NCBI GenBank assembly: GCA_046598945.1
Contig: JBKJHT010000121.1
Coordinates: 6,862-70,861 of the forward strand
Length of the DNA stretch: 64,000 nucleotides
Source: Burkholderiales bacterium
Lineage (GTDB): Bacteria; Pseudomonadota; Gammaproteobacteria; Burkholderiales; JALYOK01
Reading direction: 5' to 3'
Each line of letters opens with the position of its first letter. Position 1 is the stretch's first letter. The notes under the pieces are model-generated. The model worked only from the letters and a program-made list of their open reading frames with translations. It did not search any database and was not told the DNA's origin. Made by a program: the position numbers and the translations under genes. Shown one piece after another: positions 11,027 through 19,696 of this stretch.

Positions 11027-12169
11027 TCAGCCACGTTTGGTAAACCATTCGGCCAGCGTGGGCCCCAGAATTTTCTGTGCTTTGCCGCCGACAAAGGTCC
11101 CGATGTGGCCACCGGGCACTGCCAATTCGGTGTAATCTTTTGTGCCGAAATGATTCCCGACCCCCCGCGAGCACGACACTGGAACGACGGTGTCGCCGGT
11201 CGCATAGATGTTAAGAACCGGCATCGTAATCCGGCGCAGATCAACGGTACGATCGCCAAGCTGGAGTTGATTGCGGATCAGCTTGTTGTCCTGGTAGAGA
11301 TCTTTCAACCATTGTCGCAAGACCTCTCCCGGGTGATCAGGCCGGTCGGCGATCCAGCGCTCCATGCGCAGGAAGCTCAGCAGCTTCGCATCGTCATCGA
11401 GTACATCGATCAGGTCCGTGGTGTATTTCGTCATGTTACTTACCGGATTCATCATCAGGAACGCGAAGCCCACCAGGGCGCCTGGCGCTGAGCCGTAAAC
11501 ATTGACGAAGTCATCGACATCCTGAGCAGTCATCGAGCGAGCCCATCCGTTCATGTAACCTGCGCCCACCTGCGGTTCCTTCAGATCGCCGTGAAAGTCT
11601 AGCGGCGTGACGGTGAGCGCAAGGTTGCGCACCTTTTGCGGAAACAGCGCCGCGTAGCAGGTGGAAAACACGCCTCCCTGGCAAATCCCCATGAGATTGA
11701 TGCGTTCGGCCCGTGAGCGCTGGCGGATCACATCCACGCAACGATCAAGGTAGCCCGATACATAGTCATCGATCCCATGCCAACGCTGCGCGCGCCCCGG
11801 CAGGCCCCAGTCGATGAAGTACACGTCGAAGCCGCTGGCCAGTAACTTGCGCACCAGCGATCGATCGGCCTCAAGGTCAATCATCTGGAAGCGCCCAACC
11901 AGCGCGTAGGCGATAAGGATCGGCACAGGGTGCGGTTTGTCGACGGTTGGATGACAATGGTAGAGGCTCACCATGTCTTCGCGCCACACCTCGTCGCGTG
12001 GTACGGTCGCGATGGCCAGATCACCCTCCGAAAGCTGCCCAAGCTTCTTCAGCCCACGTGCGACCTTATCTTGTGCTGCCTTCAGCTCTTTCGTCGCGGA
12101 CTCCGGTGTGATCTCTAGGGCCGCCGCCGCGCGGCCGAGCAACTGCGCCTGCTCCAAGGGATTAATCAT
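11027..12169 (-). CDS. phaC: Class III PHA synthase subunit PhaC
   Basis: 380 aa (class III size). GICQGG catalytic Cys, FLRMERWIAD, GDTVVP Asp, GGHIG His. Confidence 0.92.
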   Translation of the reverse strand: MINPLEQAQLLGRAAAALEITPESATKELKAAQDKVARGLKKLGQLSEGDLAIATVPRDEVWREDMVSLYHCHPTVDKPHPVPILIAYALVGRFQMIDLEADRSLVRKLLASGFDVYFIDWGLPGRAQRWHGIDDYVSGYLDRCVDVIRQRSRAERINLMGICQGGVFSTCYAALFPQKVRNLALTVTPLDFHGDLKEPQVGAGYMNGWARSMTAQDVDDFVNVYGSAPGALVGFAFLMMNPVSNMTKYTTDLIDVLDDDAKLLSFLRMERWIADRPDHPGEVLRQWLKDLYQDNKLIRNQLQLGDRTVDLRRITMPVLNIYATGDTVVPVSCSRGVGNHFGTKDYTELAVPGGHIGTFVGGKAQKILGPTLAEWFTKRG

Positions 12170-12199
12170 CTTTGCTCGCCTTCTCCCATTCTTCGTTCC

Positions 12200-13249
12200 T
12201 CACCCTTGACGCGGGCTTGCCGCTTTTTTCTTAGTCGCCCTGGGTTTACGCGCAGGCGCGCGTTGGGCTTCGATAGGGCCGTCAGTATCGGCAATCCTAG
12301 TCGCGCGCAATTCACGCTTGAGCGCCTGAATCTCGCGAAACGCATCGTCAAGCTCACGCCGCGAGGTCATATCGAATTGCTCAGCGAAAACGGCCGCCAC
12401 CTGCTGCATCTTCTTGCGGTAGGTGAGATCGGCCCGAATAAGCGCGGCTGTCGCCGCTAACCCGCCCTCGGACTGCATCGTCTCGTGCACCGCCTGTTCG
12501 AGGTTGTTTGCCCACATCTTGATCAATGCCAGCACGCTGTCTATGCGCTCGCCAGCGTCGCCCTTGGTTGCAAGCGCCGATAACAGCCGTTGGAATCCTT
12601 GCAAGTATGCGTTCTGTAACAAGCTTGCATAGTGGGTGCGGGCGTCTTGCTGCGCGACGCCGGCGCTCATCACGTCGCGCCATGCCGCATTCGACTTGCG
12701 CGCAGGGCCCAATCCAACACCATCGCTGAAGGCGCCGTGGGTGCGGTCAAACGCAGCATCGATCTGCGCTGGACTCGTCCCCGTGAGACGGCTCGCCATA
12801 TCGACCCAGGCCTTGTTGATCGATTGAAACGGTGCTTGCGGCATGACCGTATCAATGGTCGGCATGGCGGACGACATCGCAGGCATGACAGCGGCTAGGT
12901 TCGGCATGAACGCCAGCCACGGCGCGAACATTGACTGGGCGTTTGCATCGGCGGGGTTGCCAGGCTTGGTGAACGAAAATGTGGCCAATTGCTTCCCCCA
13001 TTGCGCCACCAGATTTGGCATGCCGGTCTGAAGAGCTGGCACGAGTACTTGGAGCATGCTTTGCAGCGACTGCTGAGTGATCGATGCCGCCTTGGCGACC
13101 TGATCGACGGGGAATGGCAACTGGTCAAAGGCTGCGGGCGCCGCACCTGTGGACGATGAAATTCCCAACTGGCCGAACATCTGAGAGATCAGGCCAAGCC
13201 AGTGTTCATAAGCGGCTCGAGAACCCTGGTTCAAATCGGTCGCGATCAT
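12200..13249 (-). CDS. phaE: Class III PHA synthase subunit PhaE
   Basis: Helical 349-aa protein directly upstream of phaC, with a PhaE-box-like TSRRELDDAFREIQALKRELR and a basic tail. Confidence 0.85.
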   Translation of the reverse strand: MIATDLNQGSRAAYEHWLGLISQMFGQLGISSSTGAAPAAFDQLPFPVDQVAKAASITQQSLQSMLQVLVPALQTGMPNLVAQWGKQLATFSFTKPGNPADANAQSMFAPWLAFMPNLAAVMPAMSSAMPTIDTVMPQAPFQSINKAWVDMASRLTGTSPAQIDAAFDRTHGAFSDGVGLGPARKSNAAWRDVMSAGVAQQDARTHYASLLQNAYLQGFQRLLSALATKGDAGERIDSVLALIKMWANNLEQAVHETMQSEGGLAATAALIRADLTYRKKMQQVAAVFAEQFDMTSRRELDDAFREIQALKRELRATRIADTDGPIEAQRAPARKPRATKKKAASPRQG

Positions 13250-13429
13250 ATTGAGTTCGCAAGGTTAACGCTACAATCTTTCGCGCGGGAGTTTAGCGCC
13301 CTGCATTCTTTCGAGGTGAGCTTCATATCCGTTTTTCTTACCGGTCGTCGCACGGAGCGAACTGATGAGATTTTTCCCCCTGTTTTTTCTATCGGTTTAA
13401 TATTATCACAATCCGAAATAGAACCGCAT

Positions 13430-13660
13430 CGCGTTGTTTCGATCCAAGTAAATAGGGCCGGGCGGGCTTCGGTTTTGGTCTTCCTACTATGCCCGGCGAG
13501 GAACTTGCATTCCGGTATTGCAAAGAAGCGCTTGGCCAACGCGTTGTGGTACGCATCACTGACCGATCCGATGGAAGAGCGCGCACCCATTTCGTTGCAG
13601 CGTTCGCCAAACGCAATACTGATAGCGGCTACCTTCATCGGTCGGGATGTCGGTGATCAA
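13430..13660 (-). pseudogene. Degenerate IS3-family transposase (integrase core) fragment
   Basis: SIAFGERCNEMGARSSIGSVSDAYHNALAKRFFAIPECK...TKTEARPALFTWIE resembles the IS3 OrfB pattern S.G..GDAYDNA..ESFF.TLE.E with conserved residues mutated. Boundaries approximate. Confidence 0.8.
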
Positions 13661-13691
13661 AACACGCAACGCAACCGTTCGTTACACTACA

Positions 13692-13720
13692 TTGACTACG
13701 CATTCTGAATTCGGTATTCT
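13692..13720 (+). promoter_or_regulatory. Sigma70-type promoter of the Rieske-PQQ operon with overlapping palindromic operator
   Basis: TTGACT-17 nt-TATTCT; operator GCATTCTGAATTCGGTATTC at 13700-13719. Confidence 0.75.
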
Positions 13721-13810
13721 GACCGCTCGTAAATAGTGATTGCTGACGATGTTTCCCATATCCAGTTCCGGCGAGATTTCGTTAGATTTTGCAAATAGAA
13801 AGGAAATGCT

Positions 13811-14389
13811 ATGACAAACAATGAAGTAGAGAGTTGTGCGACCAACAAACCGATCAATCCAAAACGTCGTCGCGTGATCGAAATTGCGGTCGCAGGCGTG
13901 GCGGCAAGCTTCACCGGATTAAGTGTTGCCGAAACGGCGCCTGGCGCGGGTGATCGTCTCGTCCTTGATGACGCGGAAGGCGAGCCGGTGGCGCTACGCG
14001 CTGCGGACTTAAAGGTCGGCAAGCCGATCTTAGCGTTTGCATTTGATAAGGCAACCAAGGAAATGCGCAACGGCTCGCGCTTGCACAAGATCATGTTGAT
14101 CAAATTGGACGAAGCTGACCTTAACGCCGAAACCAAGGAGCGTGCGGCATCCGGCGTCATCGCGTTTTCGGCGATCTGCACCCACCAGTCCTGCGACGTG
14201 AAAACCTGGATCGCGAAGGAAAAGGCGTTGGTTTGCTTTTGTCACTCGACCAAGTTTTTACCGCTTGAGGCGGGCAAGGTCGAAAGCGGCCCCGCGACCC
14301 GTGCTTTGCCCACGATTCCGCTTAAATTAGAAGATGACGAACTGGTTCTCGCCGGTACTTTTAGCGCGCGGACGGGTCCGAGCGCCTAA
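13811..14389 (+). CDS. Exported Rieske [2Fe-2S] protein (QcrA/AioB-like)
   Basis: CTHQSC and CFCH boxes, GPA..ALP loop, twin-arginine-like KRRRVI followed by a hydrophobic stretch. Confidence 0.9.
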   Translation: MTNNEVESCATNKPINPKRRRVIEIAVAGVAASFTGLSVAETAPGAGDRLVLDDAEGEPVALRAADLKVGKPILAFAFDKATKEMRNGSRLHKIMLIKLDEADLNAETKERAASGVIAFSAICTHQSCDVKTWIAKEKALVCFCHSTKFLPLEAGKVESGPATRALPTIPLKLEDDELVLAGTFSARTGPSA

Positions 14390-14461
14390 CGACGGCTGAA
14401 CAAATTTTGTAGTATCGCGGCGTTACGGCGCCGCCCATTTCACAACCACGAGGAGCATTAA

Positions 14462-16186
14462 ATGAAATTTGTAATGAAAGCGCTGTGTGCCGCCGCTTTG
14501 ATCGTACCCGCGATCACGGCTACGGCATCGGACTACGCGCCGGTCACTGACCAGCGTCTCACCAACCCGGAAGCGGGCAACTGGCTGCAATACCGTGGTA
14601 ACTATGCGGGCTGGGGCTACAGCCCGCTGGAAAAGGTTAACGCCGGCAACGTTAACAAGCTGCAAACCGCCTGGTCGTTCTCGACCGGTGTGGCAGAAGG
14701 CCACCAGTCGCCTCCCATCGTTAACAATGGCTATATGTACATCACCACGCCGGGCTCGCAGTTGATCGCAATCGACGCCAGAACCGGTGGCGAGTTGTGG
14801 CGTTATAAGAAGGAAGTTTCGCCCGAGATGCTGCAATTGCATCCGACTAACCGTGGCGTCGCGCTCTATGGCGACAAGGTTTATGTCGCAACGGTTGATG
14901 CGCATTTGGTCGCCCTCGACGCCAAGACCGGCAAGGTCGCTTGGACCAAGCAAGTCGGCGATTGGAAAGCGCTGCAATACATCACCCTCGCGCCGTTGGC
15001 TGCTAAGGGCAAGATCATGGTCGGTTCCTCCGGCGGTGAAACCGGTGTGCGCGGCTTCGTCGCTGCTTACGACGCGCAAACCGGTAACGAAGCTTGGCGC
15101 ACCTTCATGACGGCCGGCCCCGGTGAACCCGGTGGCGACACTTGGCCTGGCGAGACCGCCAAAACCGGCGGCGCGTCGATCTGGATCACCGGTACTTACG
15201 ATCCGGCGACCAACCTCGCTTTCTGGGGTACGGGCAACCCGGCACCGTGGCCGATCCATCTGCGCAAGGGCGACAACCTCTATGCGACGTCCGTTGTTGC
15301 ACTCGATGTCGATACCGGCAAGCTCAAGGGCTATCACCAATACCACCATAACGACGCGTGGGACTGGGATGAAGTTTCCGCGCCTCTATTGATCGACACC
15401 ACCGTGAACGGCAAAGCGGTCAAAACCGCCGTCCACGCTGGCCGTAATGGATATCTGTGGGTGTTGGAGCGTACTGCCGACAAGATCAACTATCTTGCTT
15501 CCCATAAATACGTGTTGAACGACGTGTTTACCGGTATCGATGCCAAAACCGGCCGCCCGAGCTACGACGCTGCCAAGACACCCGGCACGGAAAAGCCGGT
15601 GAAATTCTGCCCGTCGCTTTGGGGTGGTAAGGATTGGGTGCCCGAGGCGTACAACCCGAAAACCAAGCTGTTCTACATCCCGGCCAATAACAACCTCTGC
15701 TCGGAATTGCCGGCTGCCGACAAAGAAGTACCGTACAAGAAGGGTGATCTGTTCATCGGCTATCCGATCGACGGCGTACTCGGCAGTTTGCGTTGGGCCG
15801 ATGCGAATGCGCCTAAGACCATTGGCGAAATCCAAGCTTGGGACATTTCCACCGGCAAACAAGTGTGGACACACAAGTTCCCGACTTTTATGTGGGGTCC
15901 GATCCTCACTACCGGCGGTAACCTCGTATTCGCCGGCGGCACCAACGATCGCAAATTCCGTGCATTCAACGCGACCAACGGCAAGCCGCTATGGGAAACC
16001 ACCATGCCTTCCGGCGTGACCGGTGTGCCGGTTTCCTACGAGGTGGATGGCGAACAGTACATCGCTGTTCAGGCCGGCTGGGGAGTTGATGCGCAGCGCA
16101 TGCAAAGCGGCGTTGACGCGCTACTCGGCAACAAGACGGTCGTTCCGCAAGGCGGCGTGCTTACGGTGTTCAAGTTAGCTAAGTAA
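14462..16186 (+). CDS. Periplasmic PQQ-dependent dehydrogenase, methanol/ethanol-family fold, atypical
   Basis: Sec signal; beta-propeller repeats (LDAKTGK..W); NRG, GGE, W, GNP, WDWD, GRNG; no CxxCH heme domain. Confidence 0.92.
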   Translation: MKFVMKALCAAALIVPAITATASDYAPVTDQRLTNPEAGNWLQYRGNYAGWGYSPLEKVNAGNVNKLQTAWSFSTGVAEGHQSPPIVNNGYMYITTPGSQLIAIDARTGGELWRYKKEVSPEMLQLHPTNRGVALYGDKVYVATVDAHLVALDAKTGKVAWTKQVGDWKALQYITLAPLAAKGKIMVGSSGGETGVRGFVAAYDAQTGNEAWRTFMTAGPGEPGGDTWPGETAKTGGASIWITGTYDPATNLAFWGTGNPAPWPIHLRKGDNLYATSVVALDVDTGKLKGYHQYHHNDAWDWDEVSAPLLIDTTVNGKAVKTAVHAGRNGYLWVLERTADKINYLASHKYVLNDVFTGIDAKTGRPSYDAAKTPGTEKPVKFCPSLWGGKDWVPEAYNPKTKLFYIPANNNLCSELPAADKEVPYKKGDLFIGYPIDGVLGSLRWADANAPKTIGEIQAWDISTGKQVWTHKFPTFMWGPILTTGGNLVFAGGTNDRKFRAFNATNGKPLWETTMPSGVTGVPVSYEVDGEQYIAVQAGWGVDAQRMQSGVDALLGNKTVVPQGGVLTVFKLAK

Positions 16187-16208
16187 TTTTTGTAGTTTAG
16201 TACGCTCT

Positions 16209-16259
16209 AATTTGCCCCCGACGCCGTAGAATTGGCGGTGTCCGGGGCGAATTGTTTTT
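16209..16259 (+). terminator. Probable intrinsic terminator
   Basis: GC-rich imperfect stem (TTGCCCC...GGGGCGAA) followed by TTGTTTTT, just after the PQQ gene. Confidence 0.55.
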
Positions 16260-16328
16260 GACGAATAGCTTTATTTCGCGCTAGTGCTAGCACGCATATC
16301 GCAACCATTGAATTGAGGAGAACCATTC

Positions 16329-17000
16329 ATGATCGTCGTGCATCATCTCAACAACTCGCGCTCACAGCGCATCCCGTGGTTGCTGGAGGAACTGGGCGTG
16401 CCTTACCGGCTCGAGCAACATCAGCGCGATGGCAAAACCAATCTCGCACCACCCGAATTGCGCCTGATCCACCCGTTAGGCAAATCGCCGGTTATCCAAG
16501 ATGGTGATCTGACATTAGCCGAGTCGGGCGCCATTATCGAGTATCTGGTCGAGCGCTATGGCGCGGGACGGCTCGTGCCGCAGCGCGGTTCGAGCGAGCA
16601 TGTCCGCTATTTATATTGGATGCACTTTGCCGAGGGCACCATCATGTTGCACATGGTCGCGCGACTTTATCTCATCCGCGTCGGTGAAGCGGCGAAGGCA
16701 ATGCTGGCGCGCGTCGAGGCGATGATCGGCGACGAGTTGGATTTGGTCGAGGGCGAACTTGGCCGTAGCGCGCATCTCGCCGGAACGGAATTCAGCGCCG
16801 CCGATGTGCAGATGGTATTTCCATTGGAATTTGCCGCGTACGGTGGGCTCCTAACTGAACGTCACGCCAAGCTGCGCGACTATCTCGCTCAGATGCAGGC
16901 ACGCCCCGCCTATCGCCGAGCAGTGGAAAAGGGCGGTGCATACGCATTCGATTCTGTTAGCGCCGGCGATGCCGCGCCGTTTCCAATGCCCGGGCGCTAA
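16329..17000 (+). CDS. Glutathione S-transferase
   Basis: HHLNNSRSQRI.WLLEEL, HPLGKSPV, ESGAIIEYL, FSAADVQM. Confidence 0.93.
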   Translation: MIVVHHLNNSRSQRIPWLLEELGVPYRLEQHQRDGKTNLAPPELRLIHPLGKSPVIQDGDLTLAESGAIIEYLVERYGAGRLVPQRGSSEHVRYLYWMHFAEGTIMLHMVARLYLIRVGEAAKAMLARVEAMIGDELDLVEGELGRSAHLAGTEFSAADVQMVFPLEFAAYGGLLTERHAKLRDYLAQMQARPAYRRAVEKGGAYAFDSVSAGDAAPFPMPGR

Positions 17001-17096
17001 TAGTTCGTACTAGCCGTCCCGATACGGTCGGACAGGCGCAGTGCACTGGCCGATGCACTGTCCAAAACTGAAAAATGCCTTAACAAAGCGCCCTGC

Positions 17097-17723
17097 TTAA
17101 ATACCACGCGCGACGTCTACTGCCAGGGCTTTCGCTGCATCGCGGGAGCCCTGGTCGACCTCCGGGCCGAACAACGTCTTTTCTATCGGTATCAGCGCAA
17201 TGTCGGTGATGCCATTGGAATTCAGCCAGACTGTCAAATAGGATGTTTGAACGTCCCAACTGCGAGAAGCGGATTCCGGCGCGTAATCTATTCCTTTCGC
17301 CAACACCAGCACGGCCTTCTTGCCGGTGAGCAAACCCAGTAGGCCACGTTCATCGAAGGTAAATAGGATATCTTTTTGCGACACCACGTCGATGAGATGC
17401 TTTAGCTTGTACGGAATACCCCAGTTCCACATCGGCGCAGATATCACGATCGTATCGGCTTCTTTAAAGGGGCGCGCCAACGACTCAATCGTTTTCCAGA
17501 CTCGCTTTTGCTCGTCAGTGCGCTCGCGGCCTTCGATCCCCGCGTACTTTGCCTCTATCGCCGCGCCGTCGAATTCGGGCAGCGCCAGATTCCATACGTC
17601 GATCGTCTCCATTGTATGGCCTGGATGCGATGCTCGGTAGGCGTCCAAAAATGCTCGAGCTACTTCAATGGAGGCCGAGCGTTGCTTGCGTGGGGATGAT
17701 TCAACGTACAGTAAGTTTGCCAT
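17097..17723 (-). CDS. FMN-dependent NADH-azoreductase/quinone reductase (AzoR/AcpD family)
   Basis: SSPR...SAS, APMWNWGIPYKLKHLID, GLLTGKKA. Confidence 0.9.
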   Translation of the reverse strand: MANLLYVESSPRKQRSASIEVARAFLDAYRASHPGHTMETIDVWNLALPEFDGAAIEAKYAGIEGRERTDEQKRVWKTIESLARPFKEADTIVISAPMWNWGIPYKLKHLIDVVSQKDILFTFDERGLLGLLTGKKAVLVLAKGIDYAPESASRSWDVQTSYLTVWLNSNGITDIALIPIEKTLFGPEVDQGSRDAAKALAVDVARGI

Positions 17724-17843
17724 GGGTGGTTTCCTTTTGGGTTGGTTGCAATATTTTATCGTAAGCGTTACTCGAATTTAAGGCTTACGGCGGGTGGTGA
17801 TCGTAAAAAATTACGGGTATTGAACACGCCTTTCGCATCAGTG

Positions 17844-18455
17844 CTAACGCGGCATCGTCTGCGCAAAAGATTCGCGTTTTCTGAGCTGCTGCGACAACGC
17901 ATCCAGCGTCGGCATCGGCGGTAACCAAGGCGCATCGGCAAAACGAAAACGTAGATAGTCGAGCGCGACGGTGGTGCAAATGGCGTCCAGCGTTGGTGCG
18001 CCTTCGCTTGCGAAGGCTACGCGCGACGCGATCGCTTCGAGCCGCGCCATGCCTTCCGCCATGGTGCGTCGCCGGCGCAATCCGACCGGCGTGTCATCAA
18101 ACAGCAGCGGCGCGGTGACTTTTCGAATGATGATGGTATGAACCGCCGCGTCGATCACGCCCATCGCGGCACCCGCGCGCGAAAGTACGTTTGCAGCATC
18201 CATTCCTAGCAGGCTCGGGAACGCCGGTGCCGGTCGCGTGTGCTCAAGCCATTGCACGATCAACAAGCTTTCAGTAAGCGGCGTGCCGTCGTCGGTAATC
18301 AACGTCGGCACACGCGTAGCGGCATTGGCATTGCGTAAACGTACATCGTCGGCCCACGGGTCAACCAATGTGGGTTCAACGTACAGGCCTTTTTCGATCA
18401 TCGCGACTCGTGCGATCCGTACATAGGGTGACGTGGTATTGGCAAGTAATTGCAT
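17844..18455 (-). CDS. Glutathione S-transferase-like protein
   Basis: TSPYVRIARV, RVPTL, ESLLIVQWL, ALDYLRFRF; start moved to ATG 18455. Confidence 0.85.
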   Translation of the reverse strand: MQLLANTTSPYVRIARVAMIEKGLYVEPTLVDPWADDVRLRNANAATRVPTLITDDGTPLTESLLIVQWLEHTRPAPAFPSLLGMDAANVLSRAGAAMGVIDAAVHTIIIRKVTAPLLFDDTPVGLRRRRTMAEGMARLEAIASRVAFASEGAPTLDAICTTVALDYLRFRFADAPWLPPMPTLDALSQQLRKRESFAQTMPR

Positions 18456-18489
18456 AGTGTTAGCTTTCGATAAAGTGTTTAGCGACCGA

Positions 18490-19248
18490 TCAATACATGA
18501 TATGGCCGCCATCGACCACCAGCGTTTGACCGGAGACGAATCCCGCCAGATCCGAGAGTAAATAAAGCGCCGTACCGACCAAATCGTCGGGGCGCTGCTC
18601 GCGCGAAATGGCGCGTGCTTTCAAAAACATTTGCTGCCACTCGATCGGGCGGTTGCGCGTGGCATCGGTGATGACGAATCCGGGCGCAATCACATTGACG
18701 CGCACACCATGCTTGCCGGTTTCTTTCGCGAGACCTTTAGTCATCGATAGCACTGCTCCTTTGCTCGCGACGTAGTGCAGGTAGCCCGGCTGCCCCGCCA
18801 CCGCGACGACGGACGCGATGTTGACGATGCTGCCGCTGCCTTGCTTGCGCATGGCGGGCATCACCGCTTTGCAGCACAGCCACACGCCTTTGACGTTGAC
18901 ATCGAATAAGCGATCCCATTGCGCGGAATCGAGTTCCTCGAAATCCGTGAGTTTGATTTCGCGGAAGTAGGCGGCGTTGTTGATCAGGCCATCGATTCGG
19001 CCGAAGCGATTGACCGCGGCATCAGCCATCGCACGAACCGAGGTTTCATCGGCGACATCGACGCGCAGGCTGATTGCTTGGCCGCCAAGCTTTTGAATGG
19101 CGTCAACGGTTTCATCGGAGGCGTTCATATCAGCGACGACGACATTGGCGCCCTGCGCGGCGCAGCCGACGGCGAAAGCTTGGCCGATGCCAGTCGCGGC
19201 GCCGGTGACAACGATAGTGTGATTGGTGAGAAGGTTATTTGTGGTCAT
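18490..19248 (-). CDS. SDR-family oxidoreductase, probably NAD-dependent
   Basis: TGAATGIG, NNAA, Ser, YVASK, Asp after beta2 (VADMN). Confidence 0.93.
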   Translation of the reverse strand: MTTNNLLTNHTIVVTGAATGIGQAFAVGCAAQGANVVVADMNASDETVDAIQKLGGQAISLRVDVADETSVRAMADAAVNRFGRIDGLINNAAYFREIKLTDFEELDSAQWDRLFDVNVKGVWLCCKAVMPAMRKQGSGSIVNIASVVAVAGQPGYLHYVASKGAVLSMTKGLAKETGKHGVRVNVIAPGFVITDATRNRPIEWQQMFLKARAISREQRPDDLVGTALYLLSDLAGFVSGQTLVVDGGHIMY

Positions 19249-19279
19249 GGTAATGATCTCTTGGCAGTTAAATTGAAGA

Positions 19280-19696
19280 CTAGGGTTTACTCGTTGTTAA
19301 AGAAGTGGCAAGCGCCGGGCAGCGCTTACCTTTTTCGCAACGCTCGACTTGCATGCGTCGAATAAAGCGATCACGGTTTGGCGCACTAAGGTCAACTTGA
19401 ATCGCCCAAACGCCAGGCATTTCCAGCTCTAATTGAGTGCGATACTCGCCGGGGTGATTGGTTGCGACGGCGACAACAGGCTTGATGCTGTGCGCCATAG
19501 GCATCGACGGCATATGAGCGGCTAGCGTCACTGTCGCGGTTTTAATCGGTTCTCCGTTTGCGTTTTGTAGGCGGGCGGTGCATTCAAGCGCTGGACCTTC
19601 GCCAATCGAAACGCATTGCAACTCAAGCTTTGGTCGCGCATCCGCGTGGGCCATGCCGATCAGCGCGATGCATAAAAAGAAAAATCGGACGTTCAT
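19280..19696 (-). CDS. Secreted YtkA/FixH-like Ig-fold protein
   Basis: Signal peptide; HMPSMPMAH motif; PGEY...LEMPGVW pattern; four Cys in the mature part. Confidence 0.75.
   Translation of the reverse strand: MNVRFFFLCIALIGMAHADARPKLELQCVSIGEGPALECTARLQNANGEPIKTATVTLAAHMPSMPMAHSIKPVVAVATNHPGEYRTQLELEMPGVWAIQVDLSAPNRDRFIRRMQVERCEKGKRCPALATSLTTSKP

Noticed and set aside
13202..13708. 168-aa plus-strand ORF
   Set aside because: Antisense to the IS3 remnant, with no recognisable protein features.
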